A stretch of 32,161 nt of DNA, taken from the NCBI GenBank assembly GCA_038279365.1, contig JAYODI010000011.1, positions 13,395 through 45,555 of the forward strand. The letters are read 5' to 3'. Positions within the stretch are counted from its first letter, which is position 1. Every line of letters starts with the position of its first letter. This document shows, piece by piece, positions 8,984 to 18,072 of the stretch. Source of the DNA: Candidatus Latescibacterota bacterium. Lineage in GTDB: Bacteria; Latescibacterota; UBA2968. The notes beneath the pieces were generated by a model, which saw only the letters and a list, made by a program, of their open reading frames with translations, was not told the origin of the DNA and made no database searches. The translations under genes were made by a program, and so were the position numbers.

Positions 8984-9958
8984 ATGCTCCTCGATATCAT
9001 GCTTCTCAAGCCCTATTTTCGCGAAACCATTTGGGGCGGACACACCCTTGCAAAACACTATAACAAACCCCTTCCATTAGAGCAAAACATTGGCGAATCT
9101 TGGGAAGTATCGGCCTACAAAGATATGGAAAGCGTTGTTGCCAATGGGCCCTATCAAGGGCAAACACTTCTCAAATTGGTGCAAACACTCAAAGCCGACC
9201 TGCTTGGACAAGCGGTTGTCGAGCGATATGGCACCGAATTTCCGCTTCTCATCAAACTGCTCGATGCACGCGAAGACCTCTCCATTCAAGTGCATCCTGA
9301 TGACACCTATGCCCGTACAGAAAATTTGGGCACCTACGGCAAAATGGAAGCCTGGTATGTTCTTCAATCTGACAATGGACGTGTGGCCTATGGATTACAA
9401 GACAGCATAGACAAAGAATCATTTGCATCTGCCATTGCCGAAAACCGCGTCAACGATGCCATTCGTTTCTTCAATGTCAAAGCTGGCGATGTCGTTTATG
9501 TGCCCCCAGGCACAGTACACGCCTTGTGTCAAAATGTGCTGGTTTATGAAGTGCAACAATCCAGCGACCTCACATTTCGCATCTACGACTACAACCGGCC
9601 TGACGCCAATGGACAACCCCGTGAATTACACATAGACCGATCACTCGATGTCATCACATTTGATACCCCCACACCCCATCCCAAACATTGGACCGATCTT
9701 CCCAATGCCACCCCTGCCCATACACAACTTGTGCAATCCGAACATTTTCTCCTCGAACGTTTTGCCCCCACATCAACAACCACACACGCCTATGCTTCAT
9801 TTGCCACACTCACACTCATTCAAGGCCAGGCAAGTGTGCAAGGCAAAACAGAATCCATTACCGCACAAAAAGGCGATACCCTCTTCATTCCCGCCAATTG
9901 CCCCATCACCGTATCACCACAAAACAACGCCGAATATCTCATGGCTTCGGTGCCCTAA
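8984..9958 (+). CDS. manA: Mannose-6-phosphate isomerase, class I (cupin)
   Basis: IWGG, IGESWEVS, FPLLIKLLDA...LSIQVHPDD, GK.EAWY, PGTVHAL, EVQQSSD.TFRIYDYNR, RELH. Start 8984 or 8999. Confidence 0.93.
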   Translation: MLLDIMLLKPYFRETIWGGHTLAKHYNKPLPLEQNIGESWEVSAYKDMESVVANGPYQGQTLLKLVQTLKADLLGQAVVERYGTEFPLLIKLLDAREDLSIQVHPDDTYARTENLGTYGKMEAWYVLQSDNGRVAYGLQDSIDKESFASAIAENRVNDAIRFFNVKAGDVVYVPPGTVHALCQNVLVYEVQQSSDLTFRIYDYNRPDANGQPRELHIDRSLDVITFDTPTPHPKHWTDLPNATPAHTQLVQSEHFLLERFAPTSTTTHAYASFATLTLIQGQASVQGKTESITAQKGDTLFIPANCPITVSPQNNAEYLMASVP

Positions 9959-9986
9959 ACCATACATCCACAACCAAGGATCATTC

Positions 9987-11126
9987 ATGACCGATCCCAA
10001 CAGCCTACGCCAAAAACTTCACACCCTGCTCGGCATCCCCACCACACGCTGTGACCTTGCCCCCGAATCGCGTGGTCAACTTGAACACGATGGCATCATC
10101 ATCGAAAAATGGATCTGGACAAGCGAACCTGGCTCGCGTGTGCCCGCTTTACTCTATCGCCCCAAAAACCCACGCCCACAAATGCCCGCCATCGTTATCA
10201 CCTGCGGTCATGGCGGCAGCAAAAGCCAATGGCAATATGTTTATGTGCCACTCATCTATGCCCACCTTGGGTTGGCGTGTCTGGTTTTAGACCCCATTGG
10301 CGAAGAAGAACGCCACATCACAGGCAACATGGGCACCCGTGCCCACGATCCAGAATCTGTACACAATTGCGCAGATCATGCCCACCGTCTTATCATGGGC
10401 AAACTGGTCTTTGACACCATGCGAGGTATCGATTTTTTACTCACCCGAAAAGACATAGACCCAAATCGCATAGGCGTTGCAGGCAACTCCTTAGGCGGTG
10501 CCAAAGCCACATGGATGCTTGCCCTGGACACACGCCTGCGTTTGGGCCTTGTCAGTGGTTGGGGCTATGGCGACCACCTCACCATACACGGCAAGTTTTG
10601 CACCCGCATCCCAAACCAACGCATGCGCGAACACTGCAACTGGAATGACTTCCTCTCATTGCCCGCTCCCCATTGTGCCGTCTTCATCCTAAACGGCGAC
10701 GCCGATGTCATCATAGACGACATCGGTGACAACACCATTTGGAATCAAACACGCCAAACCGTCCAAACCGTATCGGCACAATTTCCCAACAGCCACATCG
10801 CCTGTTGGTTTGAACCCAATGGAGGGCACCGTCCCTATCACGGTCATAAAATTGCACTTGAATGGATCCATAATCATCTGGGCACACCCAATATGTCCCT
10901 TGAACAAATTCGTGCGCTGCCCACCATTCAAGCAGGCACGTGGTGTGACAACAACAACATCCCTCTTGAAAAACTATACGGCACATCGCTTCATCAACGC
11001 GGAACAACCCTTCCCGACCTCAACCTCACCGCCATATCGCGCAAACACTTGGCCTGCCTAACCCCCAATGAAGTGGGCGATCCGCAATACACCATCGAAG
11101 GCTGGCTCCAAACCATTCAATCCTAA
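9987..11126 (+). CDS. Alpha/beta hydrolase (acetyl xylan esterase / dienelactone hydrolase-like)
   Basis: GHGGSK, D.IGEEER, RGIDFL..R.DIDPNRIGVAGNSLGG (GxSxG). AAGGA upstream of ATG 9987; the track's upstream extension to 9648 overlaps manA. Confidence 0.85.
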   Translation: MTDPNSLRQKLHTLLGIPTTRCDLAPESRGQLEHDGIIIEKWIWTSEPGSRVPALLYRPKNPRPQMPAIVITCGHGGSKSQWQYVYVPLIYAHLGLACLVLDPIGEEERHITGNMGTRAHDPESVHNCADHAHRLIMGKLVFDTMRGIDFLLTRKDIDPNRIGVAGNSLGGAKATWMLALDTRLRLGLVSGWGYGDHLTIHGKFCTRIPNQRMREHCNWNDFLSLPAPHCAVFILNGDADVIIDDIGDNTIWNQTRQTVQTVSAQFPNSHIACWFEPNGGHRPYHGHKIALEWIHNHLGTPNMSLEQIRALPTIQAGTWCDNNNIPLEKLYGTSLHQRGTTLPDLNLTAISRKHLACLTPNEVGDPQYTIEGWLQTIQS

Positions 11127-11131
11127 CCACC

Positions 11132-11170
11132 AAAAAGCCTCGAAGCAAATGCTTCGAGGCTTTTATTTTT
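11132..11170. terminator. Bidirectional intrinsic terminator between convergent genes
   Basis: AAAAGCCTCGAAGC-aaat-GCTTCGAGGCTTTT flanked by A and T runs. Confidence 0.88.
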
Positions 11171-11239
11171 TACCACAGTGGTCATAAAAACAAACAGGGC
11201 GTTCATCTCCATTTAACCGCTTGATCTAACACACAAGAC

Positions 11240-12832
11240 TTAGATCGCATCGCGTGTATATGCATTGTCTACCAAACGCATAATACCCCGTGGATTGGCG
11301 TTTTGCAATTCGGGAGGCAACACATTTTGTGGAAAACCTTGGTAACATACAAGGCGTGTAAAGCGCAAAATAGCGGCAGTCCCCACCGATGTAGACCGAC
11401 CATCGGTGGTGGCCGGATAAGGCCCACCATGGTGCATGGAAGAACACACTTCCACACCCGTGGGAAACGCATTAAAAATCAACCGACCCACTTTTTGTTC
11501 AACAATGGCAATCAACTCTTTATGTGCTTCCATATCGGCTTCGGTACCGTGAAAGGTCGCCGTCAAATGACCCTCTAAATCGCGTGCAACGGCTTCCAAA
11601 TCGGCCTTATTTCCACAATTGACCACCAAAGTAGATGGCCCAAATACTTCATGGCTTAATTCGGGCTGTTCCATAAACGTGGTCACATCGGTCGTAAACA
11701 CATGCGGGGCCGCCTCTGTTTTTTTAGGATCGGCATCTTTTTGGCTCTTTCCAGCAACTTGCACCCCTGCCGTATTCAACAACGTATTCAAACCCGATTG
11801 ATATGCATCACAAATACCCGAGTTGAGCATGGTGGCAGGCATAGCAGCTTTAAACAATTCTGCCGATTTATTCACAAATTTTTTCAAATCATCGCCATCA
11901 ATGCCCAACACCAATCCGGGGTTGGTGCAAAATTGCCCCACACCCAATGTCACAGATCCCAACAACCCTTCGGCAATGGCATCACCGCGCTCAGCCAAGG
12001 CACCCGGCAACACAAACACAGGATTGAGACTGCCCATTTCGGCATACACAGGAATCGGCTCTGGCCGCGCACAAGCCAAATCGAACAAAGCCCGCCCACC
12101 GGCCAAAGAACCCGTAAAACCAACGGCCTTGGTTGCAGGGTGTTTCACCAATGCTTCACCCACTTGCCGACCACGCCCGTGCAACACCGCAAACACACCT
12201 TCGGGCATACCTGTATCTTTGGCCGCTTTTTGAACGGCTTGGCCCACAAGCTCTGCCGTGCCAGGGTGTGACCGATGTGCTTTGACCACCACCGGGCACC
12301 CCGCAGCCAATGCCGATGCCGTATCGCCACCCGCAACAGAAAAAGCCAATGGAAAATTGCTGGCACCAAACACCACCACAGGCCCAACAGCCTGAAGCAT
12401 CAATCGCGTATCGGGCTTGGGCAAAGGTGCCCGATCAGGGTCGGCCAAATCAATACGTGCATCCACCCAAGAGCCTTCGCGAACCAATGCGGCAAACATT
12501 TTCAACTGCCCCATTGTGCGCCCACGCTCACCAATGAGCCGTGCCTCTGGCAAACCCGTTTCGGCCATCCCTCGTTGAATCAATTCATCACCCACATTCA
12601 AAATTTCATCGGCGGCGCGTTCCAAAAATTCTGCGCGTTTTTCTGCCGCCATAAGCCGAAAATCCGAAAAGGCCGCTGCTGCCAATGCCATGGCCCGCCC
12701 CACTTCTTCATCCGAAGCTTCGTGAAACGTCGTATCCAACTCTTCTTGCGTATTGGGGTTGATGGCCAAAAACGTATACGAACCTGCGTTAACGGCATCA
12801 TATCCAATTAAATTCTTACCATGCAACGGCAT
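11240..12832 (-). CDS. NADP+-dependent aldehyde dehydrogenase, alpha-ketoglutaric semialdehyde dehydrogenase-like
   Basis: FGASNFPLAFSVAGGDTASALAAGCPVVVKAH, VGFTGS, YAEMGS.NP, GQFCTNPG, EVFGP, HGGPYPATTD. Confidence 0.93.
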   Translation of the reverse strand: MPLHGKNLIGYDAVNAGSYTFLAINPNTQEELDTTFHEASDEEVGRAMALAAAAFSDFRLMAAEKRAEFLERAADEILNVGDELIQRGMAETGLPEARLIGERGRTMGQLKMFAALVREGSWVDARIDLADPDRAPLPKPDTRLMLQAVGPVVVFGASNFPLAFSVAGGDTASALAAGCPVVVKAHRSHPGTAELVGQAVQKAAKDTGMPEGVFAVLHGRGRQVGEALVKHPATKAVGFTGSLAGGRALFDLACARPEPIPVYAEMGSLNPVFVLPGALAERGDAIAEGLLGSVTLGVGQFCTNPGLVLGIDGDDLKKFVNKSAELFKAAMPATMLNSGICDAYQSGLNTLLNTAGVQVAGKSQKDADPKKTEAAPHVFTTDVTTFMEQPELSHEVFGPSTLVVNCGNKADLEAVARDLEGHLTATFHGTEADMEAHKELIAIVEQKVGRLIFNAFPTGVEVCSSMHHGGPYPATTDGRSTSVGTAAILRFTRLVCYQGFPQNVLPPELQNANPRGIMRLVDNAYTRDAI

Positions 12833-13015
12833 GTAAAACCTCCAAAACGAATAAAATGTAATGACGAAAAAATCCAGTTCCCTAACAAAATAGCGTTGTT
12901 ACCACCTTATTTCAACTGATATTTCAATATCAACAAACGGTATCTTGTAGATAACAATCTATAATACAACTCAAGCTATTAAGCTTAAACATATCCCAAT
13001 AGCGAATATGGGCGA

Positions 13016-13038
13016 GCTGAACGCTGAATGCTGACAGC
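13016..13038. repeat. Heptamer tandem repeat (GCTGAnn)x3
   Basis: GCTGAAC GCTGAAT GCTGACA GC, the same unit as the right arm at 17862-17885. Confidence 0.55.
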
Positions 13039-13119
13039 TTTTGTATCAAAATAAAGTGCAATTATGTTTTACTTTTCACCTTATAAAGGTCACAACAGTG
13101 AATGTCATGTTTTAAAAAT

Positions 13120-13159
13120 AAAAAAGTCTGAAACATCTTGCGATGTATCAGACTTTTTT
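13120..13159 (-). terminator. Terminator immediately downstream of tRNA-Gln(TTG)
   Basis: AAAAAAGTCTGAAACATC-ttgc-GATGTATCAGACTTTTTT stem with one mismatch and a U-tract on the minus strand. Confidence 0.8.
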
Positions 13160-13232
13160 GGTTGCCCCACAGGGATTCGAACCCCAATTCCTGGAACCAA
13201 AATCCAGTGTCTTGCCGTTAGACGATGGGGCA
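13159..13232 (-). tRNA. tRNA-Gln(TTG), CCA encoded
   Basis: Reverse complement TGCCCCATCGTCTAACGGCAAGACACTGGATTTTGGTTCCAGGAATTGGGGTTCGAATCCCTGTGGGGCAACCA folds as a cloverleaf with anticodon TTG. Confidence 0.96.
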
Positions 13233-13262
13233 ATAATATACTGGCTTAATGTTTGGAGATCT

Positions 13263-13293
13263 ATAATAAACAAAAAGACGTGTTTTTTGTCAA
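13263..13293 (-). promoter_or_regulatory. Putative promoter of tRNA-Gln(TTG)
   Basis: Perfect TTGACA (13293-13288), then TATTAT at a long 19-nt spacing. Confidence 0.4.
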
Positions 13294-13550
13294 TAGCCAG
13301 CATCTTTTCTCATTAAGAAAAGCATTTTTAGCCACATATTACAACACTATATACAGGTTTAAAGCTTCAAGACTCAAATCAACAACACTGCTTTATCCCA
13401 ATAAAAAACAATGCCTTATAATATGGGTGAAGAAAAATTTTATAGTTTATCCAAAAAATCGCACAGAAACAAGCCTTCCAAATTCATTTTCTTTGATCCA
13501 ACCATTGCACATGCCAAAATCACACCCTGTTTCGCCCCACATAATCGCAA

Positions 13551-15542
13551 TCAAATTGACACAGACCATTGCTGCCCATCAACCACCACCTGAAGCATCG
13601 ATTCCAACAAAGATACAGATGGCATAACACCGTTACCTTTTGTAGGCACAAACACAAATGCACGCCGTTCCGAAACACACAAACCCGACAAACGCACCCA
13701 ACGCGCAGGTGACTTTTCTGCGTAATTAGGGCACCAAAACATCGCATCATCTCGCATAACCAGCTCAGTATTTCCACACCACGCAAATGACACACAAATA
13801 TCATTTGCCAACCCCACACGATATCCACCGGCAACAACTTCAATCTCAGATTCACCAGGAAACAACCACGAATTTGTCCAGGTATGTGGCGTTGCAGAAA
13901 CGATCTCATCCACCACCGCCAACCAAACCGCATCATCCGATACAGGCATCAATACTGTGCGACGTACTTCGGCTTCTGCATCAGCTGTATAGCCCGAAAA
14001 TGTACTTTGCAAAATACCAATCTGATCTTGCACATCGCCCGTTGTTTTACCCATACGTGTATCACTGGCATTGGATATCACCTGCATCGCTTTATTCAAA
14101 ATCCGCTCATTGGGCAACACAGGTTCATCTTCAATATAAACTGTATTATGCGACTGACAATGAAGCACCCAATTTCGCGCCACATCACCCGTATACACCC
14201 ACCGCCCCGGATCCACAATCACAGGGTAATTCAAAGCATCATAATGCACCGTCAAATTGTCTTCGTGTGAATGCCCTGCATGTGTGGGCCCATTGTCGAG
14301 AATCACCAACGACTGCGTATCTGGGTTGCGCAATGCGCCCACACCACCCTCAGGAAATGTGATCTGGCGAATCGCCTCGCCAGCATCAGCCTCCCACGTT
14401 TGCCCATTGGACAACCAGAGACTGAAATAGGTGGGTGACACACCATGTTGAAAACGCACATCAGGGAAAATACAGCGCAACAACGCATGGGTGTTTCGCC
14501 ACGTGCCCACCCGATCAGAATCTGACAACAAAGGCATATTGCCATCAGGTGTCACCAGTGCGTCGACAAACACACCCATCTCCTTCAACCGTTGGCCATA
14601 AACATCGGCCCAGGGTTCATCATTCATCTGACCCAGCAAAAAACTCGATCCATACCACCGAATGCACCCACAATGATAGCCCGTCGATTTTTCCCAGTGT
14701 ACGCCATCGGCAAAAATCGCTCGGTTCAAACTCGATTCCATCGAATTGCGCGCCATGTGTTTCCACACAGACATCCCCGTCACTTCAGGCAAAGACATCG
14801 CCCAGAAATACACCGCCTCCATTTGCATCGATGTAAAATTGTGCTCATGTATTTTAATACCACGCCCAGCAACCATATCAAACAACAGCAAACACCGATG
14901 CAACAACACAACATTGCGTTTGGGTGTCATTTCAGAAGCATGCAAAATCGTCCAGTATGCCCACCACCAATGCGTCAACCGAATGAAAATATCCAACTCA
15001 CCAAATGGCGGGTGCAAATTGCTCGGCCCCATGGCGTGCATGCCCCTATAAAATGCTTCACCCGGAAACGGCACCTTCTCCATATAAAAATCCCACTGGT
15101 CCATCAGCGCATCAAAATATCGTCGTTCCGATTTTTCCCAGTATGCACGTGCCAAAGAGGTATACCATCGATGCCGGCCCAAACCGCGAATGGTTTGAGG
15201 ATCTTCATGTTCATACGCCGAAAAATCAAATGTTTCGCGATCCACCGCAATAAACCGATCACAATATGCATTAGAGGCCCCATACATTCGCCCGTCAACC
15301 GCATGATCGGCAAGGGTCTTTTCCCAGGCATATTCTTCTGGATCATATGCCTGAGCCAAACGCGCAATTTCAGCCAAGTTTTTTGGCTCAAAAAACAAAC
15401 GTGGCACCTTGCGGTTCCGCAAATACGTTAACAAATTCTCTGCAAAATCACCCGCATCCCATTGTGCCACCAGATCCGAGCGAAATCGATCTCGCAAATC
15501 CCTTATCGCCGCGTCGTATTCCGCATCCAACACATCTGCCAT
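13551..15542 (-). CDS. Heparinase II/III family protein (polysaccharide lyase-like)
   Basis: DGVHWEKSTGYH, PDG..PLLSDSD, GP.HAGHSHEDNL, VDPGRWVY, SHNTV. GAGGGG RBS. No clear signal peptide. Confidence 0.85.
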   Translation of the reverse strand: MADVLDAEYDAAIRDLRDRFRSDLVAQWDAGDFAENLLTYLRNRKVPRLFFEPKNLAEIARLAQAYDPEEYAWEKTLADHAVDGRMYGASNAYCDRFIAVDRETFDFSAYEHEDPQTIRGLGRHRWYTSLARAYWEKSERRYFDALMDQWDFYMEKVPFPGEAFYRGMHAMGPSNLHPPFGELDIFIRLTHWWWAYWTILHASEMTPKRNVVLLHRCLLLFDMVAGRGIKIHEHNFTSMQMEAVYFWAMSLPEVTGMSVWKHMARNSMESSLNRAIFADGVHWEKSTGYHCGCIRWYGSSFLLGQMNDEPWADVYGQRLKEMGVFVDALVTPDGNMPLLSDSDRVGTWRNTHALLRCIFPDVRFQHGVSPTYFSLWLSNGQTWEADAGEAIRQITFPEGGVGALRNPDTQSLVILDNGPTHAGHSHEDNLTVHYDALNYPVIVDPGRWVYTGDVARNWVLHCQSHNTVYIEDEPVLPNERILNKAMQVISNASDTRMGKTTGDVQDQIGILQSTFSGYTADAEAEVRRTVLMPVSDDAVWLAVVDEIVSATPHTWTNSWLFPGESEIEVVAGGYRVGLANDICVSFAWCGNTELVMRDDAMFWCPNYAEKSPARWVRLSGLCVSERRAFVFVPTKGNGVMPSVSLLESMLQVVVDGQQWSVSI

Positions 15543-15565
15543 TTTAACCCCTCACAATCTTAGAG

Positions 15566-16018
15566 CTATGATTCCGATTCCTCAGAATGATTCTTGAACG
15601 CTGCAAACCCAATCAATTCCCCATCAGGCCCTTTTGCAAATATAAAATCATACGCCCCTCGCAAATCATCTTCAACAATCTCTGCACCCAGTTTTTTTAA
15701 CTGCTTTCGCGTTGCTTCCAAATCACGCACAGGAAAACCAAAATGATTAACACCCACAATATCTTTGCGCACAAGAGGGGTTTGAGCGCTATCGACTCTA
15801 TCGTAATGACAAATAATTTATATCAAAGCCTGACATTCAGAATGAAAAAGATACTGCATCCTAAAATGTTCTCGTTCGATCCCCATTTGACCTTCTGCAG
15901 AAAAACCCAAGGCCTCATAGAATTTCATAGATCGCTCAAAATCTGATATGCTCACACAACCATGAAAACCACGGCTTAAGATGGGGATATTCTGAGGCAC
16001 GATTCTTTTGTTTTGCAT
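15566..16018 (-). pseudogene. VOC (glyoxalase-like) protein interrupted by an in-frame TAA at 15818-15820
   Basis: Track ORFs 15818..16018 and 15566..15772 share one frame: FHGCVSISDFERSMKFYEALGF...ALI*IICHY...VNHFGFPVRDLEAT...GPDGELIGF. Confidence 0.85.
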
Positions 16019-16162
16019 ATAAAAACGCTCTTAATTGTATGGAACAGCCGTTGGATGACCATTTCTGCTATCTTCCTCAAAAGACAAATATGAAACGCGA
16101 ACGATGATGCGCAACCCTTTTTTAAAAGGGTGTTCAAATTCTAATCACAAAAATATAAAAAC

Positions 16163-16202
16163 AAAAAAGAGGGTCACGATAACATAATCGTAACCCTCTT
16201 TT
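16163..16202 (-). terminator. Terminator downstream of tRNA-Gln(CTG)
   Basis: Minus strand GAGGGTTACGAT-tatgtt-ATCGTGACCCTC-TTTTTT. Confidence 0.82.
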
Positions 16203-16247
16203 GGTATGTTGATTCATTGAAAAACGCTTTAAAGATCCGTGGATTTC

Positions 16248-16321
16248 TGGTTGCCCCTCAGGGATTCGAACCCCGATTACCTGATCCAGAGTCAGACGTC
16301 TTGCCGTTAGACCAAGGGGCA
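16248..16321 (-). tRNA. tRNA-Gln(CTG), CCA encoded
   Basis: Reverse complement TGCCCCTTGGTCTAACGGCAAGACGTCTGACTCTGGATCAGGTAATCGGGGTTCGAATCCCTGAGGGGCAACCA, anticodon CTG. Confidence 0.96.
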
Positions 16322-16388
16322 AAACCAAACTCAAAAGTCTATTTTTTAGGCTACACAACATCCAAAAAAAATGACGCCTAAGTTAATT

Positions 16389-17807
16389 TCAAACAACAAC
16401 TTCCAATATTTTCCGCAAACGCCGAAGGCATGTTTCTTTTCCCAAAACAGCCATAAGTTCAAACAGCCCTGGGCCAAAACCAACCCCACAAAGCCCCAAC
16501 CGCGTAGGATGAATGAGGTTGGATGCCGACATATTCAACTCGCCAGCCAAGGTACGGGTTGCACCTTCGATATCCGTTTCTTTAAAAGAATCCAAGGCCT
16601 CTAACCGTTCAATATAGGCCCGAAGACGTTCGGGTGTATCTGTTTTCCAATGTTTTTTGAGCGTCTTTTCGTCATAACCAGTCGGCTCTTGGAAAAAATA
16701 ACCCGTTTGTCGCAAATCTTCAAGCGTATTGAGGCGCGGTTGCAAAAGTGTTGCTATTTGAGTCAATTCATCACGACGGCGATCCACATCGGCAGATTCC
16801 AACCATCCTTCAGAAATCCAAATCGGAATGGCGTCTTCAACAATCTTCTCAACAGGGCGCAAACGCATTTGTTCACCGTTGAGCCATGTCAGTTTTTTGA
16901 GATCAAAAACCGTATCGCGTGTGTGCATGCCTTCAAGCGAAAACGCCTCTATCAACGCATCGTGAGAAAACACCTCGCGCTCATCACCCGATGACCAGCC
17001 CAATAAGGCCAAAAAATTAAACAATGCTTCGGGTAAAAACCCTTGTTCCTGATATTCGGTAACCGTTGTGGCACCATGGCGCTTGCTCAACTTGCTGCCA
17101 TCTTCACCCAAAATCAGTGTGGAATGACCATATTCTGGCACATCCCAACCCAGCGCTTGAAACAGCATAATTTGCTTGGGCGTATTTGACAAATGGTCGG
17201 CACCACGAAGCACAAGTGTCACACCCATATTGTGATCGTCAACCGCAACCGCCAAATTATAAACCGGTGACCCATCAGAACGTGCCACCACAAAATCTTC
17301 GATTTCAACATTGCCCCAGCGCTGTACGCCTCTGATTTTATCGGTCCAAACCGTGTCACCATCTGGCACACGAAAGCGAACCACCTTTGATCGCCCCTCG
17401 GCTTCAAATGCCGCCTGTTGTTCGGCCGTTAAATCGCGATTATAACGCACATGCCTTTTTTCAGCTTGTGCTTTTTTGCGCATGACATCCAACTCTTCGG
17501 GTGTTTCGTAGGCATAATAGGCATGGCCACTTTCCAGCAACTGTGCAACCGCCGCTTTGTGTACTTCTGCATTGTGCGATTGAAACACCGGTTCGCCATC
17601 AAAGGCAATGCCCAACCACGCCAAACCATCCAAAATGGTTTTCAGCGAATCATCGGTATACCGTTCACGGTCTGTATCTTCCACACGCAACAGCAACTTG
17701 GCACCGTAGTGCTTGGCGTACAAATAGTTAAACAACGCTGTACGCGCATTGCCAACATGGAACCCCCCGGTAGGGGATGGCGCAAATCTTAAAATAGAAT
17801 CAGACAT
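16389..17807 (-). CDS. gltX: Glutamate--tRNA ligase
   Basis: RFAPSPTG.FHVGNARTAL (HIGH), LRVEDTD, VDDH.MGVT.VLRG.DHLSNTPKQ, KLSKRHG (KMSKS), plus C-terminal anticodon domain. Confidence 0.97.
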   Translation of the reverse strand: MSDSILRFAPSPTGGFHVGNARTALFNYLYAKHYGAKLLLRVEDTDRERYTDDSLKTILDGLAWLGIAFDGEPVFQSHNAEVHKAAVAQLLESGHAYYAYETPEELDVMRKKAQAEKRHVRYNRDLTAEQQAAFEAEGRSKVVRFRVPDGDTVWTDKIRGVQRWGNVEIEDFVVARSDGSPVYNLAVAVDDHNMGVTLVLRGADHLSNTPKQIMLFQALGWDVPEYGHSTLILGEDGSKLSKRHGATTVTEYQEQGFLPEALFNFLALLGWSSGDEREVFSHDALIEAFSLEGMHTRDTVFDLKKLTWLNGEQMRLRPVEKIVEDAIPIWISEGWLESADVDRRRDELTQIATLLQPRLNTLEDLRQTGYFFQEPTGYDEKTLKKHWKTDTPERLRAYIERLEALDSFKETDIEGATRTLAGELNMSASNLIHPTRLGLCGVGFGPGLFELMAVLGKETCLRRLRKILEVVV

Positions 17808-17814
17808 AAAAAAA

Positions 17815-17885
17815 GCTACCAGCTTTCAGCGATCAGCTTTTCAGTCAAAATACCAAATAGAAGCTGACGGCTGACCGCTCATAGC
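17815..17885. repeat. Imperfect palindrome built from heptamer repeats, just upstream of gltX
   Basis: Left arm GCTACCA GCTTTCA GCGATCA GCTT; right arm AAGCTGACG GCTGACC GCTCATA GC (complementary units). Confidence 0.65.
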
Positions 17886-17897
17886 ATATAAAGTTTT

Positions 17898-17993
<96 letters not shown>

Positions 17994-18026
17994 GCGCTAA
18001 TTTCTCATATTAAAACGTAGGCGATA

Positions 18027-18055
18027 AAAGTAACAAAGCCCTACTGTAAATGCAA
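18027..18055 (-). promoter_or_regulatory. Putative promoter for tRNA-Ser(GCT)-gltX
   Basis: TTGCAT-N17-TACTTT, about 35 nt upstream of the tRNA. Confidence 0.45.
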
Positions 18056-18072
18056 GGTAAAATCAAAACGAC

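Noticed and set aside
9648-9986. 113-codon N-terminal extension of the esterase overlapping manA
   Set aside because: It is a Pro/His-rich shadow of manA's +1 frame; the RBS and family-like sequence begin at ATG 9987.
13064-13249. Small ORFs 13064..13249, 16134..16361 and 18050..18286
   Set aside because: Each overlaps a tRNA gene, so they are spurious translations.
5801-16018. Alternative genetic code (TGA=Trp, or TAA=Glu/Gln) explaining the two in-frame stops
   Set aside because: TGA terminates intact genes (M55 peptidase, gltX, nnr, heparinase), TAA terminates many others, and Trp is otherwise TGG. None of the four tRNAs has a suppressor anticodon.
13159-16321. Active integrative element or prophage with tRNA att sites
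   Set aside because: No integrase or phage genes are present, and both flanks are complete tRNAs with different anticodons rather than a duplicated 3' fragment.
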